A stretch of DNA of 64,000 nucleotides from Chrysomallon squamiferum (lineage: Eukaryota > Animalia > Mollusca), in the NCBI GenBank assembly GCA_012295275.1, contig CM022674.1, positions 15,562,001 to 15,626,000 of the forward strand, in the 5' to 3' direction. The notes beneath the pieces were generated by a model. That model ran no database searches. It was not told the DNA's origin and worked only from the letters and a program-made list of their open reading frames with translations. Below, piece after piece: positions 13,309 through 28,256 of this stretch (its first letter is position 1; each line of letters begins with the position of its first letter). The translations under genes and the position numbers were made by a program.

Positions 13309-14206
13309 ATGAGTTCGCTAATCATTAGTTTTGTCGTCTTTATGCTGATTAATTCTCCTGAATCTGCCGTTTCTAATGACTATGTAGCTGTCCCGTTTAT
13401 ACAAATAGGCTCATGTAAACTGGTTATAAGCACAAGAGACATAATTGATTTGAAAAGTTTACAACGCAGTGATGGCTTGCCGAGGTAATGCATGCAGATT
13501 TTTGTAATGTATACGAATTTTTATAAATGCTGCATCTTATTTTTGTTATGCAAGCACATCGAAATTAACTTAACTACACTGTAGTTCTTTTTGTGAATAA
13601 TTGAAAAAGGAATAAGAGGATTATTTCTTTAAAACATATTGAATAAATAAATACATGCATTTTAAAAATAAATATGAAGAAGAAAAAAATAGCTAAATAA
13701 ATAAATCATAACAAAATTAAAATGAATATTGACTGAAATTATTAATTTGTATTCTGACATATTATTTAAAACTGAATATGCTTATTCTTCAAAACTGTTT
13801 TGTAACTGGTCTTACAGTCAAAACCACTAACACAAACACTAACTTTACCATGTACTGTTAAACCACAAACACAAGAACATTATTACTTTGACTACCAACA
13901 CTGCTAGCACTGGCAACAATCAACCATGGATTATCATCTGCACCATGATCTATTATTATTATAATCATCAGTAGCAGCAGCATTATTATTGTCATCTAGA
14001 TAATCATCATAATTATTATCTTCATCATCAACTTTATCATTCTCAGCAATATTGTGGTTTTAACATCAGATAATAAAATAGGATTTTACTATTTACAATT
14101 TCAATTTTTGTTGTTATTTATTGTGGTATTATGTTTCATATTTCACACTTCACCGATTCTTTTCTTTACCATGACCTTTTTGGCAACCACTCAAACATTT
14201 CAAATT

Positions 14207-14260
<54 letters not shown>

Positions 14261-14598
14261 AATATAAAAAAAAAAAATATGTTGAAGATTATTTATAAAA
14301 TAACTGTTAGAAAATATCTTCAATGTATTTTGTGTAGATCTGTTTCTTAATAATTATTTATTTATTATGAAATGACCTACCAAACTTCTTAACCCGTGTT
14401 TATCACTCAACATGTCTCAAGTCAACACTGACATTGTGCAAGGGTATGGATGTTATTTAGTTGCAGCGAAGAAAATGTGTTGTTTACTTATATCTACATT
14501 AACATGGATCCCATTAACTGACATATGTCCATTTCACATACATACACATTCATAAATATAATATTTAAACACGTACATTTAGACATAATAAATCCATA

Positions 14599-14665
<67 letters not shown>

Positions 14666-15456
14666 ACCTCACTTTTTGTTTTCATCTCTATTATTTATTT
14701 TGCCCTCATTCTTTCTCTCTTTCTCTATCATATGCTACCTCATATATTACTCTCTCTCATTTTCTCTCTGTCTCTGTGTTATTCTCTATCACTCTATTTC
14801 TCTTTTTTCTGTTTCTCATTCTCCATCAGTATCTCTTTTTCCCTGTTTATACCTTTCTTTCTTTCTCCCTTTCACTGTCTGTCTTTCACTTACTCACATT
14901 TTTGCTCTCTGTTTCTATAACTATTCATTAATGTTTAACTGTCAGCTACAAAATGTTTCATCTCTTTTTCATTTTTTTAATATATATATTTTTTTATCAG
15001 GTATGTAAGTTCGACGTCAAAGAACAGAAACAATATTTTACTCTTGGTTTGCAGAACTACGCCAAGTTCCGAGTCATTCGAGATATCAGCAACAACCACA
15101 CCAACTCAGCACTGGTCTTTACTGGAGACAAGTACTTACACACTTCATATTTATCAGTGGATTATTATTTGTATTTAGTAATTGGAAATATACAGCAACG
15201 TTTCTTAAATTTCATTTTAGGTTTAATCGATATAAGAATTTGTTTTATTCATGTAGGTACAGTTACATTTAGAAATTATAATAAGATCAGTAATGATGAT
15301 GATGATAATTAAAAAAATAAGAAATAATAATCATGCTATTTCTGCTCCTTTAGTAATAATAATAATAATAATAAGAAGAAGAAGAAGAAGAAGAAGAAGA
15401 ACAAATACAACAACAACAGCAACAATAAATAGAACAACAACAATAACAGCAACAAT

Positions 15457-15487
<31 letters not shown>

Positions 15488-16996
15488 GCAACAATAAGAA
15501 CAGTAAATAAATTATAAATAAAAGAACATGGTTTTATTGAAAGTATATATTTGGTTTGAAGATTACAGATAGCAAAGATCTGAAATTTTTAAAGAAACAA
15601 ATTTGTTCTTAATGCTGATAGGTACATGCAGATTGCATGTAGATAAATATTTGAATTTATTTTCACTAGATTTATAAGCATGTACAAACTTCATTATTAT
15701 GTACAATGAAAAAAGTATTTGTTTTTACTTAATACAGATACAGACACATTTTCTGTTCATAATATTAAAAACAAAAATAAAATTATGAATTTTATAAACA
15801 ATTCAGTATTTATAATCAGAATTAATTATTTTTGCTGCATACAGATTTGTACATATTTCATGTTAACAAATGCTGAAATTTGTTTTTGCTTGATATATGT
15901 AGATGTAAATCTCATATTTCTAAACAAAATAATGTTTCAGTTAACAAACATTATTGGATTAACAAATATTTATTCACTATATTAATAAATGAATTATTAG
16001 AATTTATTTTTACTGAATATAGAGGAAAAAAAGATCTTATATTTGTGAATATTTGAATTTATGGTCTTTCAGATTGCTATATATGCAAATTTAATATTTG
16101 TAAATAAAAAGAATTTGCTTTTAATATATATAAATACTTGCAGATATCATTTTTAAATAATAAGAATTAATTTTTAATGTGTACATGTTTGATTTCTAAA
16201 TATATACAAAAAACAGTTTTATTGCATTCGATAGATACTGGTCTTATATTTATAAGCATAACAACATACTTTTATTTTCAAGGTATATAATTTACAAAAT
16301 TTAATATTTATAAACATTGGTGACACACTCACACACACACACACACACACACAAAAAAAACACAAGCATCAATAGTAACATTTAAACAAAAATGACTTTG
16401 ATGTAAATAAAAAGAATAACATTAATTTATTTTTATATTTATTTAAACCATTTTTTTTTTTTTTTTTTTTTTTTTACAGTGCAACAAAGGAAAACAATAA
16501 TTAAGTTAATTTGTGATGCAACGAGAAAAGAACCTGATGATGGTTTGTTTAAAATTATTGAAGATTCTGCTGTTGGAAATGTGGTATGTAATTTTAAATG
16601 TAAAATTTGGGAACTTCATATAAAGTATTTCAAAAACTGGTCCAGTGTTAATTTTAAAAATCAAAAATAATAATTGTAAATTTCGGAATTTGAAAACAGG
16701 AATTTTTGGCACTCTTTGTAAGGTTAGTAATTTTAAAATATGGGATTTTAAAAATGTGCATTCATTAGGTAGGATAAACAAAAATACATTTTTTCTTTTC
16801 CTCCATTTTTGTTGCTTCACACGCAAGCTTTGTTGAAAATATAATAATTAATTTTGTGTCCATTTTTTCATTTATTATTTTACTGGATGCATTTTTCAAA
16901 TATATTTGTTTATTTGTTTATAGATAGCAGAACTTCATCACCTGTGCTGTTGTCCAAATGGCTGTTTGACTGTCAATAATTCAGGTAAATGTATTG

Positions 16997-17065
<69 letters not shown>

Positions 17066-17327
17066 TAATAATAGTAACATTAATAATAATAATATATATA
17101 CTACCATTTCTACTACTACTACTACTACATTACTACTGCTACTACTACTACTAATAATAGTGGTAATACTACTACAGTTAATGTTGCTGCTGCAGTATTC
17201 ATGCTTTTACAGCTGCAACAAGAGCAACAACAACTACTATCAGTATTGACAGTATTACTGCTATTCTTACTCCTATACTGTTTCTACTACTGCTGTTGCT
17301 ACAGTAGTAGTAGTAGTATTAGTAGCA

Positions 17328-17375
<48 letters not shown>

Positions 17376-18722
17376 TCACCATGGACACCTCATATATGTT
17401 GCTTGGTTCAGGTTGTTTATTTTTATATCCTGTTTGTAATTTAAGTTGCCCACCTTTGTAAATACTTGGGTCTTCGAGAAGCATTAGCCTTGAACTGATA
17501 TCAGAAAAAAAAAAAATATATATATATATATATAATAAAGAAAAAAAGAAAAAAAAAAAAAAAACCACAGACAAGGTGCAGTAATCAGAGAAAACTTTAA
17601 AAAAAAAAAAAGACCCTCCTTCACGAAAAATATAGAGAAAATAAAAGAAAGAAAGAAAGAAAAGGAAAAGAAGGAAAGAAAGAAAAGAAAGAAAGAAAGA
17701 AAAGAAAATATCTATACAAAAAATCAGAAAAGAAAAGAAAAAAGATATCTTCTAGTCATGACATGAACACAACTTTCAATATCTTGGAGTACATTTGTAG
17801 AAAAATATTTTCTAAATGAAACACTTGAATAATAGCTGAACAACTCATCACATATAACTAAAATGATTATTGTTGTTGTTGGTGTTGTTGTTGTTATTGT
17901 TATTGTAGTTTTGTAATTTGCAGAGCTCTTTTCAAGTCTGCCATTAATCACATTTCACCAATTTGAAGAAAAGTTCAATAAATGTGTGACATTTAATTTG
18001 AATATTTTTAAAGTTTTAGTAAAATAAAATAAAAAAATAAAAAAAAACAGTTAAAAAAACAACAAATAAATAAAAATAACAATACAAATATACACAAACA
18101 ACAACAACAATAAACCAATTGATTGTTTAAATTTTACTGATGTTCTAATCGAATAATGATGAATTTTAAGTCCTTTCCATAACTAACCTATTTACCTAGT
18201 AACACAATTATTTATACAAATAAATGTTATAACACTTGGTACATCACACAACACTCACATTAAACCTCACTGCAGAGTTATATTTCTTTACACCTTATTA
18301 TGTAGCTTACAGTGCACACTATACAGAGTAATCGTTTATATTCAGTATGTAGATAACAAGTTTAGATAATAATTTAATAGTGTCAGTAATGTTATCTTAA
18401 TCTAGTGTATTAGTTACACACTCATAACAACATAATTGTGTATACTTTTACCTCAGCTTAAAGTGCAAATGGGGTAATTGTACATTAAATGAATTACCCG
18501 GTGTTAATGTATTTTAAAAAGAAATTTATGTGTGTGTCTGTATTAAATAAAATCAATATCTATCTATCTGTCTATCTGACTGTCTGTATATCTGCCCAGC
18601 TATTTGTCTCTTAGTACACAGATATACACATATATTTATGTTTTTCCATCTATATATATAAAAAAACAATCTATATCTATGTCTCTCTATCTGTATGTCT
18701 GTATATATATGTATACATATAC

Positions 18723-18776
<54 letters not shown>

Positions 18777-19849
18777 AAAAAAAAATTCTAAAAAAAAAAA
18801 AAATTCTCTGTAGCATTGTTTGATTCACAGAAATGTAAGAACCCACATATAAGTTGATGCTTGAATGTTATCAGTGATTTATGCATTGTTATATTTTACT
18901 TTACATACTTAACCTATATAACTGATAATTTTCCATATCCTGAGTCAGTTAGGAATTTTTCTGCTTTCTTCAAAGTAAAAATAATGGAAGATATTGAGCT
19001 TTATATTTTAAAATGTGTAAATTATGTGATGTGAAGAATAAAAAAATGTAAGTAGAAATATGATTGTACAAACTTTGTTTTTGAAATTTATATCAATTGT
19101 TACAGAGATATCTGTTGTTAGAAATGTAAATCATAAAATATATTCTGAAATTTTAGGTTAGACATTTTATAATATAAATTTAGAGTTTGTCAGATAACAA
19201 GCATGACTGTAGCAGCAAATTATTATTATTATTATTTTTTTTTAAATATGCTAATGAGAATGCCATGTAATTAGTAATTAATTAATAATTTAAATAAATT
19301 TTACAAGACTGTTGGATGACAAGCATCAGTGTAACTGCAGAATACACTAATGAGAATGCCATCTAATTAACAGTACTTGATAATTTAAATATTTTGCAGA
19401 AAGGTCAGAAAACCGCAAGAGCAGTGATATGTTTATTATGTTTGGTGCTATTCTTAGCTTCTTGTTCATGGCATTAATTATCGGATTCTTGTGTTACCTC
19501 AGTAGAACACACCTACCATTCTACTACAAACTTCCAGGTGAGATTTTCGGAGTTCTGCATTTAAAATATTCATTTAGTGACATTAAGAACTGTTCTAAAT
19601 AGAGTCCGTATTCTTCTGAGTTACATTTTGTAATTATTTTTGGCTTCCAATCTTTATTAATAATAACGTTTAACAAATGTACCTTAGGCTATACGAAGAA
19701 CTACTCTGTATGTTATCCAAATAGTTCTGAGTTTTACATTTAATTTTGGTTTTGTAGCTTCCAATCTTAATTAATAATAAAGTAGATTAAAAAATAGAAT
19801 GCAATTTAAAAATACCTGATCACCAACATTTTTCTATAGTTGTGATATC

Positions 19850-19921
<72 letters not shown>

Positions 19922-20692
19922 AGAAGTCACATATTTGCTGTTTGCTGTTTTCAGTTACTGGAAAAATGAGAGGGTTTTCACACCATTCCCCCAATGATGA
20001 CATTTATGACAGACGCCTAACAGCCCCATCACTGATGTCTGTTAGGTACCGGGATTATGAACCAGGATGGAAAGTGTCCAAGAAAAGTCAGCTGCCTGTT
20101 TTAGAGAATGCTGTTATGTCTATTGACACGATTAAAATGAGACAGAGGTGAGCTACTGCCATGGTGAATTTACAAATGCAGATATAGGATTCGTATTTTT
20201 ATTTCTTTTTTTTTAATTATTTTTTTTTACATACATATATATATTTTTTATTTATATTTATTAATTAGATATTTAAGGAAACATTTTTTGATTAAAGTTG
20301 TAGATTAGTAAAGATTTTCTCTCAATCAAATTTTGATCAGCCTTTGCACCATTTTCAACTTGAAATCATGTGAGGTATTTTACATAGTACATTCCTTAAG
20401 AATGAAAAACATATCTTTATGATGTCACACATATCTTTATGATGTCATACATATCTTTATGATGTCATACGTGTCATGATTCAGACTGGGAGGTGGCAGT
20501 TTTGGAGACACTCATGTAGCAGAATGGCACGACATGACTGTGGCACTGAAACGATTAACAATTAATATCCATGACAACCAGGTGACTGATGACATCATAG
20601 AGCTGATGAAGAAAGAAGTTTGGTTTCTCAGGTGAGAGAAAAAAAAAGGGAGAAATATGAATAGAGAGAGAGATATGAATAGAGACAGATAT

Positions 20693-20774
<82 letters not shown>

Positions 20775-21769
20775 TACTACATACACTTCACAAAAGTATC
20801 TTATTACTACATTATTACAGAATATTATGAATATAATAACTTCCATATGAAAGGAATTAATATTCACTTTCAAAAGATTCTTTCCCTTGCTTCATACAAT
20901 TAACTTAGGTTTGTTTTCTCTTTTAGTCGCCAACGTCATAAAAACATCGTTGGGGTGCTGGGACTGTGCATTGATGGCAGACATCCATGTATCATCACTG
21001 AATTTGTGAATGGCAGCTGCATAAAAGATCTTCTTAAAATGAGAGACTTCAAGCTAATATGGCCGCATCGAGTCAAAATTGTACGTCTGCAAAATATTAA
21101 AAATTTATGTCTAGCACCAGGAATAATTAATTTAAAGTCATTTTTCGAAAATCTAAATAATTGTTTATTCACTACCTAAGCTTAAGTCTATGAAATGAAT
21201 GTTTAAATAGAGCTGATAACTCTTTGCTAATAATAAAGTATAAAAGAAGCTGCAATGAAGATTTTTTTTTTTTTACAAAGAGATATACAAAATAGGTTTT
21301 GCCATTTTACAGTGATTTATGTAATCTTCTAAAAACAAATTTATCACTTCCTTGACAAATATTATTATTATTTTTTGTTATGCTTTATAACTAACAAATA
21401 CTGTTTTAAAAATAAATCACAAAAACAATAACAGATTTTTATTCCAATAATCCTGATTTATCAGTGATTTATAACAGATTTCTAAAACTTTTCTGACAGT
21501 AGACTGCAAAATATTACAGCTGTTAACAAGTCAACGATATTTTAGAAACACTTAAACTTCAAAACTAAAGACAGCTTTTGTTGGCTGAACATGAAGGCTG
21601 TTGAATGTGGCTGTGTTAAATCAAATGTTTGCTGTTTTATTTTGCAGTGTTCTGATGTAGCCAATGGCATAGCCTTTCTTCATTCGACAAAACCTCCGAT
21701 CATTCATCGAGATCTCCGCTGTGGAAACCTCTTTCTTCTCCACAATGATACTGCTAAGGTAAACAAAAA

Positions 21770-21808
<39 letters not shown>

Positions 21809-23371
21809 TTTTTTTATTTTTTTAATCCTGGTTGTTTAAAGATACAGCTACGGTATCGAAATTAATTTTTTTTTTTTTTTAATTCTCAATTATTTGAAGA
21901 TAAAGAATCAGTAAACACTAACACATTTTAGTTGTTAGACAGAAGGATGTGTAGACTAGAGGTAAAGCTCTCATATGGAATGCATTAATGACGGTCCCTG
22001 TTAGTAGTAGCTCTTTTTGGGACATTTTCCCAATCCAACCAATTCTGTTTCCCAGGTCAGACAGTGCTCTGTTATTGTTGGATCATAGGCCAAGTAGTTT
22101 TAGTGAAAGTGCATATAAAAGATCCCTCGTAATTTATTTCCAGCAATTAAATAAAATAAAATAAAATAAAATAAAATAAAATAAAATAAAATAAAATATT
22201 AAGAAAAATAAGAAAACAAATAAATAAAAAAATTAAAAATCAGTTTTCTGTTTAAAAGAGATGTGGAGAATTTTAAAAGTAATTATTATTTTAAATTTCA
22301 TTCTAACTTTTTACATTCCATTCAAAGATCTGTTAAAGCACGCTTGGTGTGGTCAACTATAATATTTTGTTTTTCTGCTGTCAAAGAGTTTTTTAATTCA
22401 TGGTTATCATGAACACAATCTCTGACTGTTCTGACAGTGTCAGTAGAATTGTTTTTTTTTTTTAAATAAAATTTCTTATTATTTTCTTAAGAGGTTTGTT
22501 TCAAACAAGGTTCTTGTAGGCTATGCTTCAGATTTTTAAAGACAAATTTGGTGAATTATAAATAAATTTAAATTTTTATAAAATTTCAGGTTGCTGATTT
22601 TGGACTGACAAAAATGATACAGCCACTAAGACAGAACTGTACAAAGGAAGACTGCTGCTGTGAGTTTTACCCACAATTCCTTGTAACAAAAATGGCAGAC
22701 ATTATTGTTATGAACAAGAGTCAGTAACTGAACAATAAATAGAAATTATTGAATTTGTATCAGTCTGTTCCCATTTCTGTGAGAAAAACATGGATGTAGA
22801 AGACCAAGATTTTATTTCAAAAGGAAAATAAACTTTTAACTTGGTATTGGTGAATCTTTATGTGAATATTTTAATGCAAAAATGAGAGATTTAATATAAA
22901 AATAAAAATCTTATTCATATAATGATTATTTATATAAAGTACTGATAATGATAATAAATAAATAAATAAATAAATAAAAAAAAATTAAATAAAGAAAATA
23001 TATTTTTATACTTTACCCATAATGCCTTTTAAGAACTATGGTAGACAATATTATGTGTTTTTCTTGGCAGAGTTATCTCCCATTAGCAAAGCTGTAGACT
23101 GATATAAAACCATTTAAGATTTTCTGTTGTTAATGTGTTCTAGTAGTTTATTAATATAATTCAATAAGGGTACATATTTGAACATTAATGTTTGTATGTA
23201 TAAATATGAGAGTATAACTGCATATGTTAATGTATGTATAGTTTTTGTATACATGTGTATGTGTATATGTGAGTGTGTGTGTGTGTGTGTGTATGTGTGA
23301 CTGTCCATTTATGTTTAAGTAGGTGTGTATGTGTTTATATGTGTGTTTGTGTGTGTGTGTTTGTGTGTCTA

Positions 23372-23410
<39 letters not shown>

Positions 23411-23447
23411 GTCCATTTATGTTTAAGTAGGTGTGTATGTGTTTATA

Positions 23448-23506
<59 letters not shown>

Positions 23507-23927
23507 GTCTGTTTCCATTTCTTTATGGAAAACATGGATGTAGAACATATGTGTGTGTGTGTGTATGTATATATATAATCTTAAAATATTCATTTAAAAA
23601 TAAAAATAAAAAAAACATAAAATTTAATCTCAACAGCTATTAAGTTTTAGAATAGTTACTAAATGGACTGTACAAAGACACAGGTAACTTTACAGGTCGT
23701 CGTAACTACAGTGCATGTCCAGCCAACATTCGCTGGACAGCTCCAGAAATACTGCAGAACCCCACTGTACTCGAGGATGACGCAGTGATCACAACGGCAG
23801 CCGATGTTTACTCGTTTGGACTTGTAATGTGGGAGCTGTTTGTCTGTGAAGACCCATTTGAAGACATCGTCACCGAGGAAGAGGTAGTTTGATGTGATTT
23901 TTGTGTGTTTGTGTCACTGTGTGTGTG

Positions 23928-23994
<67 letters not shown>

Positions 23995-24259
23995 TTTGTG
24001 TGTTGTGTGTTGTGTGTGTTTGAAGAGATCATACACAGAGGAAGGGGTTGTGTGTGATGTTTGTGAGATCACCACAGAGGAAGGTGTTTTGTGTGTTTGT
24101 TTGTGTATATGTTTGTGTGTGTTGTGTGTGTGTGTGTGTGTGTGTGTTTGTGTGTTGTTTTGTGTGTGTTTGTGTGTGTGATGTGTGTTTTGATGAGATC
24201 ACACCACAGGTAAGGTGATTCAATTTGTTTTTTGTTTTGTGTATATGTTTGTGTGTTTG

Positions 24260-24343
<84 letters not shown>

Positions 24344-24646
24344 AACCAGTTTGAAGATACCACCACATAGCAAGATGTAGTGTGATACAATCTGTTATTT
24401 TTGTGTGTATTTGTGTATATTGTTTGAGTGTGCATGTGTGTATTTATGTGTGCAATATATGTGTAATATATGTGTGGGTGTGAATGTGTCTGCATGTATC
24501 TGTGTACAAATGTATTTGAGTTGATTTATTAATATATTTTTCTCTATATATGTGTTTTTGCATACTTGAATGCATATGTATCTCTGTAAAGGTACTTATA
24601 TTAGTATCCAAATGCATGTATAAATTAGTTTATTTACATGCACTTG

Positions 24647-24686
<40 letters not shown>

Positions 24687-25439
24687 CAAACCATGTGTGT
24701 GTGTGTGTGTTTTGTGAGTGTTGGTGTACAAACACACATTAGTATGTACACACCTGTGATATGTTGATGTGTGTGTTAAACAACAGCAGTGTGTTTACAG
24801 GTGATAGAGCTGGTGAATCGTGGAAGCAGGCCGCGGCTGAACAGTGTAACAAACATGATGCCGCAGTACAAAGATCTCATGCAGAGTTGCTGGTCACAGC
24901 ACTCAAAGGACAGGCCAACCATTAAAAAGGTGAGTGATCTCCCCTTAACAGCTCTCCAAAAAAAACTTTAAAAAAAAAAAAAATCTAATATTAATTACAA
25001 TTTAAATATGAATAAAAATAATTCCTCCATCAAAAAAAACTTGAAAAAACAAAAAAACAAAACAGAACAAAAAAAAGCTATATATATCTATACCTCTCTG
25101 TGTATCTTTTTCTCTCTCTAATTAATTAAATAAAAAATAATTAATTTAAAGACAAAAAATAAAAATGAAAACAAAACAAAGAAATTAGGATTAAAAAAAA
25201 TAATATATTAATAAATAAAAATTGCTACTTACTGTACAAATGATGGGCGATATCACACTGCAATCATTTGCCAGTAACTAACAGTTATAATATACTTAAA
25301 TATCTACGTAAATGTCATACACAAAATAACCTGCCACTATTTCTTCCCTTTTTATTTACAGGTTGTTCAGACCTTGAAGAATGTACAAAATCAGTCTGGA
25401 TCATTTCAGAAAATAATTGACAGAAAAATTGAAACGTGA
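13309..25439 (+). CDS. Single-pass receptor protein kinase (TKL/tyrosine-kinase-like) with MRH-like ectodomain
   Basis: Exons: 13309 (or 13231)-13484 (signal peptide MSSLIISFVVFMLINS), ~14340-14466 (NPC, damaged), 15001-~15131, 16480-16583, 16924-16984, 19400-19537 (TM MFIMFGAILSFLFMALIIGFLCYL), 19955-20147, 20485-20631 (LGGGSFG, VALK), 20927-21080, 21648-21758 (HRDLRCGN), 22590-22659 (DFG), 23696-23883 (RWTAPE, DVYSFG), 24801-24929 (CW...RP), 25362-25439 (stop). Phases are consistent from 16480 onward; the ectodomain junctions at 14.3-16.5 kb are unresolved. Confidence 0.88.
21945..22130 (+). mobile_element. Degenerate tRNA-derived SINE remnant in a kinase intron
   Basis: A-box-like start ggatgtgtagactagaggtaaagc and downstream gtgcatataaaagatccc, which I recall from gastropod SINEs (unverified), followed by (TAAAA)n. 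Confidence 0.45.
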
Positions 25440-26670
25440 AGACAAACAAATAATTAACTTTAATGGTTAGGTCAAGCTGAATTTATTGTTCGACATTTTA
25501 ACATGTGGAACTGATTGTAAACACTTTGGACGAAATTGCTGATTAAGAAACTACAGGTTTAAAATTGTTAGTTTAACTTACATGGTTGTATTTTGTTTTC
25601 TTACTGTTTTGAAATGATTTTTATAAAAGTTGTGAATCAGAACATTTGTTTTTCTTCTTCTTTTATTACAGAAACAATAATACCCTTTTTTTTTTAATTA
25701 TTTTATTCTACATTAATTTGCTAAGTGCATTTAACTATTTCTTGAGAAAAGTAGTCTAAAAGTTTTTATTAAATTTATTTTTGGTGATACAAAAAAATAG
25801 TCTGCATATTTCCAAATTCTATTTTATTTATTTTATATTTTTTGCTGTCCAATCTTAATTAATAATTAAGTATAACAACATAACACAGGGTGTTATAATT
25901 GGTTTGAAATACATATTCATTTCTAACATTATTTCATATTATTTTATTGTCATACTTTGTTAGATGCAGTGATAGATGAACCAAAACAATAAATTAATAA
26001 CATATAAATATACAGAATGTATGTTTCAGTGTATTCATGTATGAATATATATACTTTATGTCTGTTTTTATGTGCAAACTAATATATTTTTTGACTGTTT
26101 ATTTGTAATTATATGTATCAAATGTTTTGCACCAGCTGGTAAAATCTTTATATAAATTCCTTTGATCAGATGTATATTTAATTAGATATGATTTGTTTAA
26201 TATTGTCATTATACAATTAATTATGATCACTGTATTATGCATTTGTACACAATAATTATTAACATGTATATTATAATACCATTACTTTATCAGTGGCTGT
26301 GTTATAATATCTGTATGTATTTATACCATTTAAACAAACAACCCAAAAACCACAATATTCTTAAAATAAAAATTTTCTGTCACACGCAAGATTTATATTA
26401 CCAAAGATGTTTATAATTACGTGTGATAATTTTGAGTGTACTGGAAATAAGATTATTTTGCTGTCATTTGTTGCAATGTTCTGCAAGAATTCATTGAAAG
26501 AAATCAGTGTAATCAGTGAATGGAGTTACATTGAAAATGTTCTTTAGAAAATTACATCATGTGAATCCACATTTTGTGTACAGGGTCTGTGTGTGTGTAT
26601 ATGTGTGTATGTGTGTGCATGTATATGCTTTGATGTGCCTATCTATCAATATATATATATATATATATAT

Positions 26671-26713
<43 letters not shown>

Positions 26714-26737
26714 TGTGAAAGCACACACACACACACA

Positions 26738-26778
<41 letters not shown>

Positions 26779-26789
26779 ATCCTTTAGTG

Positions 26790-26844
<55 letters not shown>

Positions 26845-27916
26845 TTGCATGTATACATTTCTGCCAATACTTGTGCGTATGTGCGTGTGTTTGCCTTCAC
26901 AAATACCTTTTATCCATGATTCCAGATACCTATCAATATAATATATTCCAAAAAAACACCAAAATTATATATATATAATTTATTTTTGAAGAATAACTTT
27001 ACATCTGTTATTAAACCTGTTTCTGAATATGTTAACAGAACTCTTTCTCATTTCTTTATATTTACAATATGTATACAAAATCCCACTTAAATTATTTTAT
27101 TGACTTGTATTGTGTTCATCTTTTCTGTATATGCTCATAAACACACACACATACAAGTATACGGACTACAAACATACAAACATACATACATACATACATA
27201 CATACATACATGCATACATGCACTTACATACTGCTGTGACTAAAATGTTCTGAAATGAAGAAAGTTGTAATACATTTTTATTTGTCTTTTTTTTCAGTTA
27301 ACATTTGATCATTCGTAATTTGTTATATTTTACATTTGAATATTCAGAAAAAACAAACAAATACGTAATAAATATTTTGCTTTTCCCCATTCCTAATTGT
27401 TACAAAAGTTACATTAATTTGCATATTCATAATATTTTAGTATAACAATTGCTTTTATTTCCCTATTCACGACAGATTACTGTTACAATATTTTTTCATT
27501 AGCAGATTCATAACACATTATTAAACCACGAAAGGGGAAATAACTGAACTGTGATAAAACTAGATGAAATTCAGGCTTTGTGTTTAGCCATAAAACAGTC
27601 ATTGTGAGTGTTCAGCTTATTCCTAATTTGTTATGATAATTATTATTTTACATTTTCGTACTGAAAATAATTATGATTTAACAATTATTTTACATACATG
27701 CATTTTAAATTAAATGTAATTTGTTATTATTAATATCATTTTATATTTTCATATAGGTAATAATTATTCTACATTTTAAATTAAATTTGTTATTATAATT
27801 AGTATTTCATATTTGCTTATTAATAATAATTATGTTTAATGATTATTAATTTTAATTTAAATGTTTGCAATTAATTATCAGTGAAATTAACTTCTAAATT
27901 TACTCGAATAGGGTGC

Positions 27917-28203
27917 CCAGTACAGGCATGATTGAACATTGAGAATGAAAAATCATTCCAAACTGTTTGCTCATTATCCTTTTAATAATTTGTAAAATAT
28001 CTTCGATTTGTTTGTTAACCATTTTTTAAAAAATATATTTTTTTTTTTGAATCAATTGTTACTTGTCTTTATTAATAACCAATGGAAAGAAAGTGAAACT
28101 AGTGTAAAATAAAAATATTTATTCACAATAGTTGTGAATTTATTTCAAACACAGAGTGAATATATAACTTTGTCTGTGAATTCAGTGTAAAAAATACGAC
28201 AGC

Positions 28204-28256
<53 letters not shown>

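Noticed and set aside
13400-13412. IQIG tetrapeptide in kinase exon 1 (VPFIQIGSCKL) as a second RHIM
   Set aside because: It lies just after the signal peptide in the predicted extracellular domain and lacks the flanking RHIM pattern (downstream N-x-hydrophobic); probably chance.
13309-25439. Kinase as a RIPK1/RIPK3 partner of the RHIM-NLR
   Set aside because: It has a signal peptide and TM, and ends shortly after the kinase domain with no RHIM or death domain.
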